This document shows positions 62,997-64,000 of a stretch of DNA of 64,000 bases, one piece after another. The notes under the pieces are model-generated. The model worked only from the letters and a program-made list of their open reading frames with translations. It was not told where the DNA came from and searched no databases. The stretch spans positions 60,600-124,599 of the forward strand of contig OZ196157.1 of NCBI GenBank assembly GCA_964282835.1, in the 5' to 3' direction. A program made the translations under genes and the position numbers. The stretch comes from an uncultured Granulicella sp. Lineage in GTDB: Bacteria > Acidobacteriota > Terriglobia > Terriglobales > Acidobacteriaceae. Within the stretch, counting starts at the first letter, position 1; the number at the start of each line of letters is the position of its first letter.

Positions 62997-63074
62997 GTTG
63001 TCATCCCGAAGGAATCTGCCTCGTTGTCATCCCTAAGAGATCTTTCTTGTTGTCATCCTGAAGGGATCTGCGGT
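62997..63074. repeat. Three tandem copies of a 26-bp intergenic repeat (GTTGTCATCC[CT].AAG.GATCT...)
   Basis: gttgtcatcccgaaggaatctgcctc / gttgtcatccctaagagatctttctt / gttgtcatcctgaagggatctgcggt, starting at 62997, 63023 and 63049 (period 26). Confidence 0.85.
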
Positions 63075-63145
63075 TGCTCTTGCCATTGCTTCAAGCACTT
63101 ACTCTGACCCGTGCTTCGTTCGCGGGCACCATCCGCCAGACCGCT

Positions 63146-63925
63146 CTAATTCTTGTAGCTCGGGTCCAGCCGATCCAGCTTGCGCAGCAACGCCGGCCAG
63201 ATCAGCATGTCCGAAAGCTTGCCGATGCCCGGACCGCTCGTCTGCTGCTCTACCCTCTCCGGCATGCCTTTGGCCGGCGCCTGCAGGTTGGCCATGGTTG
63301 CCGAAAGCATGTGCACCTGGGCCTCGCACGCACGCTCGAGAAAGTACATGCGCACGAACGCCACCGCAATGGATTCGCCCACCGTCAGGGTGCCGTGATT
63401 GCGCAGCAGCATGCTGTTCTTGCTGCCGAGATCCCGCGCCAGCCGCTCGCGCTCCCCAATGTCCGTCGCCACGCCTTCATAATCGTGGAACGCCAGGTCG
63501 TGACCCGCAATCATCGCCGTCTGCGAGTACAGCAGCAGTCCTTCCGACATCGCCGACACCGCCTGGCCGTAGGGCGTATGCAGATGCAGCACCGCCTGCG
63601 CATCTTCGCGCGCCATATGGACCGCGGAGTGGATCACAAAGCCAGCCGCATTGGTCATGTACGGCGTTTGCATCACCTGGTTCCCGTCCACGTCGATCTT
63701 TACTAGCGAAGACGCGGTAATCTCCTCGAACATCAGGTTGTAAGGGTTGATGAGAAAGTGATGTTCCGGCCCCGGAACGCGCGCGGAGAGATGCGTGAAG
63801 ATCAGGTCGTCCCACTTGAACAGCGCAACCAGCCGGTAGGCCGCCGCAAGGTTGACGCGCAGCTTCCACTCTTCTTCCGAAACAGTATCGCGAACGCTGA
63901 GCGGAGCTTGTGTAAGTGTCGTCAT
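63146..63925 (-). CDS. Class II aldolase/adducin N-terminal-domain protein
   Basis: GFVIHSAVHMAREDAQAVLHLHTPYGQAVSAM and LLRNHGTLTVGESIAVAF match the class II aldolase fold signature. Confidence 0.8.
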   Translation of the reverse strand: MTTLTQAPLSVRDTVSEEEWKLRVNLAAAYRLVALFKWDDLIFTHLSARVPGPEHHFLINPYNLMFEEITASSLVKIDVDGNQVMQTPYMTNAAGFVIHSAVHMAREDAQAVLHLHTPYGQAVSAMSEGLLLYSQTAMIAGHDLAFHDYEGVATDIGERERLARDLGSKNSMLLRNHGTLTVGESIAVAFVRMYFLERACEAQVHMLSATMANLQAPAKGMPERVEQQTSGPGIGKLSDMLIWPALLRKLDRLDPSYKN

Positions 63926-63966
63926 CTTCCTTTTCCTCTTGCAACTAGACTGCGCCCATGCCCTTT

Positions 63967-64000
63967 GTTGTCGCCTTTTGTTGTCATTCCCGAAGGGAAT
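63967..64000. repeat. Further copies of the same 26-bp repeat family, cut by the window end
   Basis: gttgtcgcctttt (half copy, 63967) followed by gttgtcattcccgaagggaat (63980-64000). Confidence 0.7.

Noticed and set aside
62997-63074. The three 26-bp direct repeats as a mini CRISPR array.
   Set aside because: The repeats are directly adjacent with no spacers. The copies are imperfect, and no cas genes or leader are present.
1-64000. A search by eye for tRNA, rRNA, tmRNA, riboswitch-like or IS-element termini in the intergenic gaps.
   Set aside because: No cloverleaf-compatible segments, rRNA-like conserved blocks or terminal inverted repeats with a transposase were found. Small RNAs cannot be excluded without covariance-model scans.

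Overview
This is a high-GC chromosomal segment with about 45 intact genes and at least six decayed genes. From gene content alone I infer a soil Acidobacteriota (Terriglobia-like) origin: two CarboxypepD_reg-type TonB-dependent receptors, NHL-propeller lipoproteins, a TPR/kinase-type pseudogene and many TetR regulators.

Layout, left to right:
- 1-3961: surface-polysaccharide genes (Wzx fragment, FkbM methyltransferase, Wzy-like protein, GT2).
- 3962-5697: gene debris, including a tyrosine-recombinase remnant.
- 5698-19384: accessory block. It holds an unassignable 2,367-aa megaprotein with LysM-like modules, two intact NHL lipoprotein paralogues, three tandem phage tail-collar (MdpB-like) genes and a GNAT.
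- 19381-22110: two pseudogenes.
- 22314-26527: quinone/redox detoxification cluster.
- 26579-32745: two-component system, TonB-dependent receptor and WG-repeat protein.
- 32750-36490: second decay zone.
- 36495-47010: putative poly(3-hydroxybutyrate) utilisation locus. Its two transcription units carry near-identical promoter/operator copies.
- 47290-64000: housekeeping and accessory genes (TlpA, LytS/LytTR pair, BAAT-type hydrolase, GH79 lipoprotein, MBL, SDR, TetR, SRPBCC, methyltransferase, UPF0182, class II aldolase), plus short 26-bp tandem intergenic repeats.

I found no rRNA, tRNA, CRISPR array or intact mobile element. The best candidate for an undescribed system is the megaprotein / NHL lipoprotein / orphan tail-collar block.
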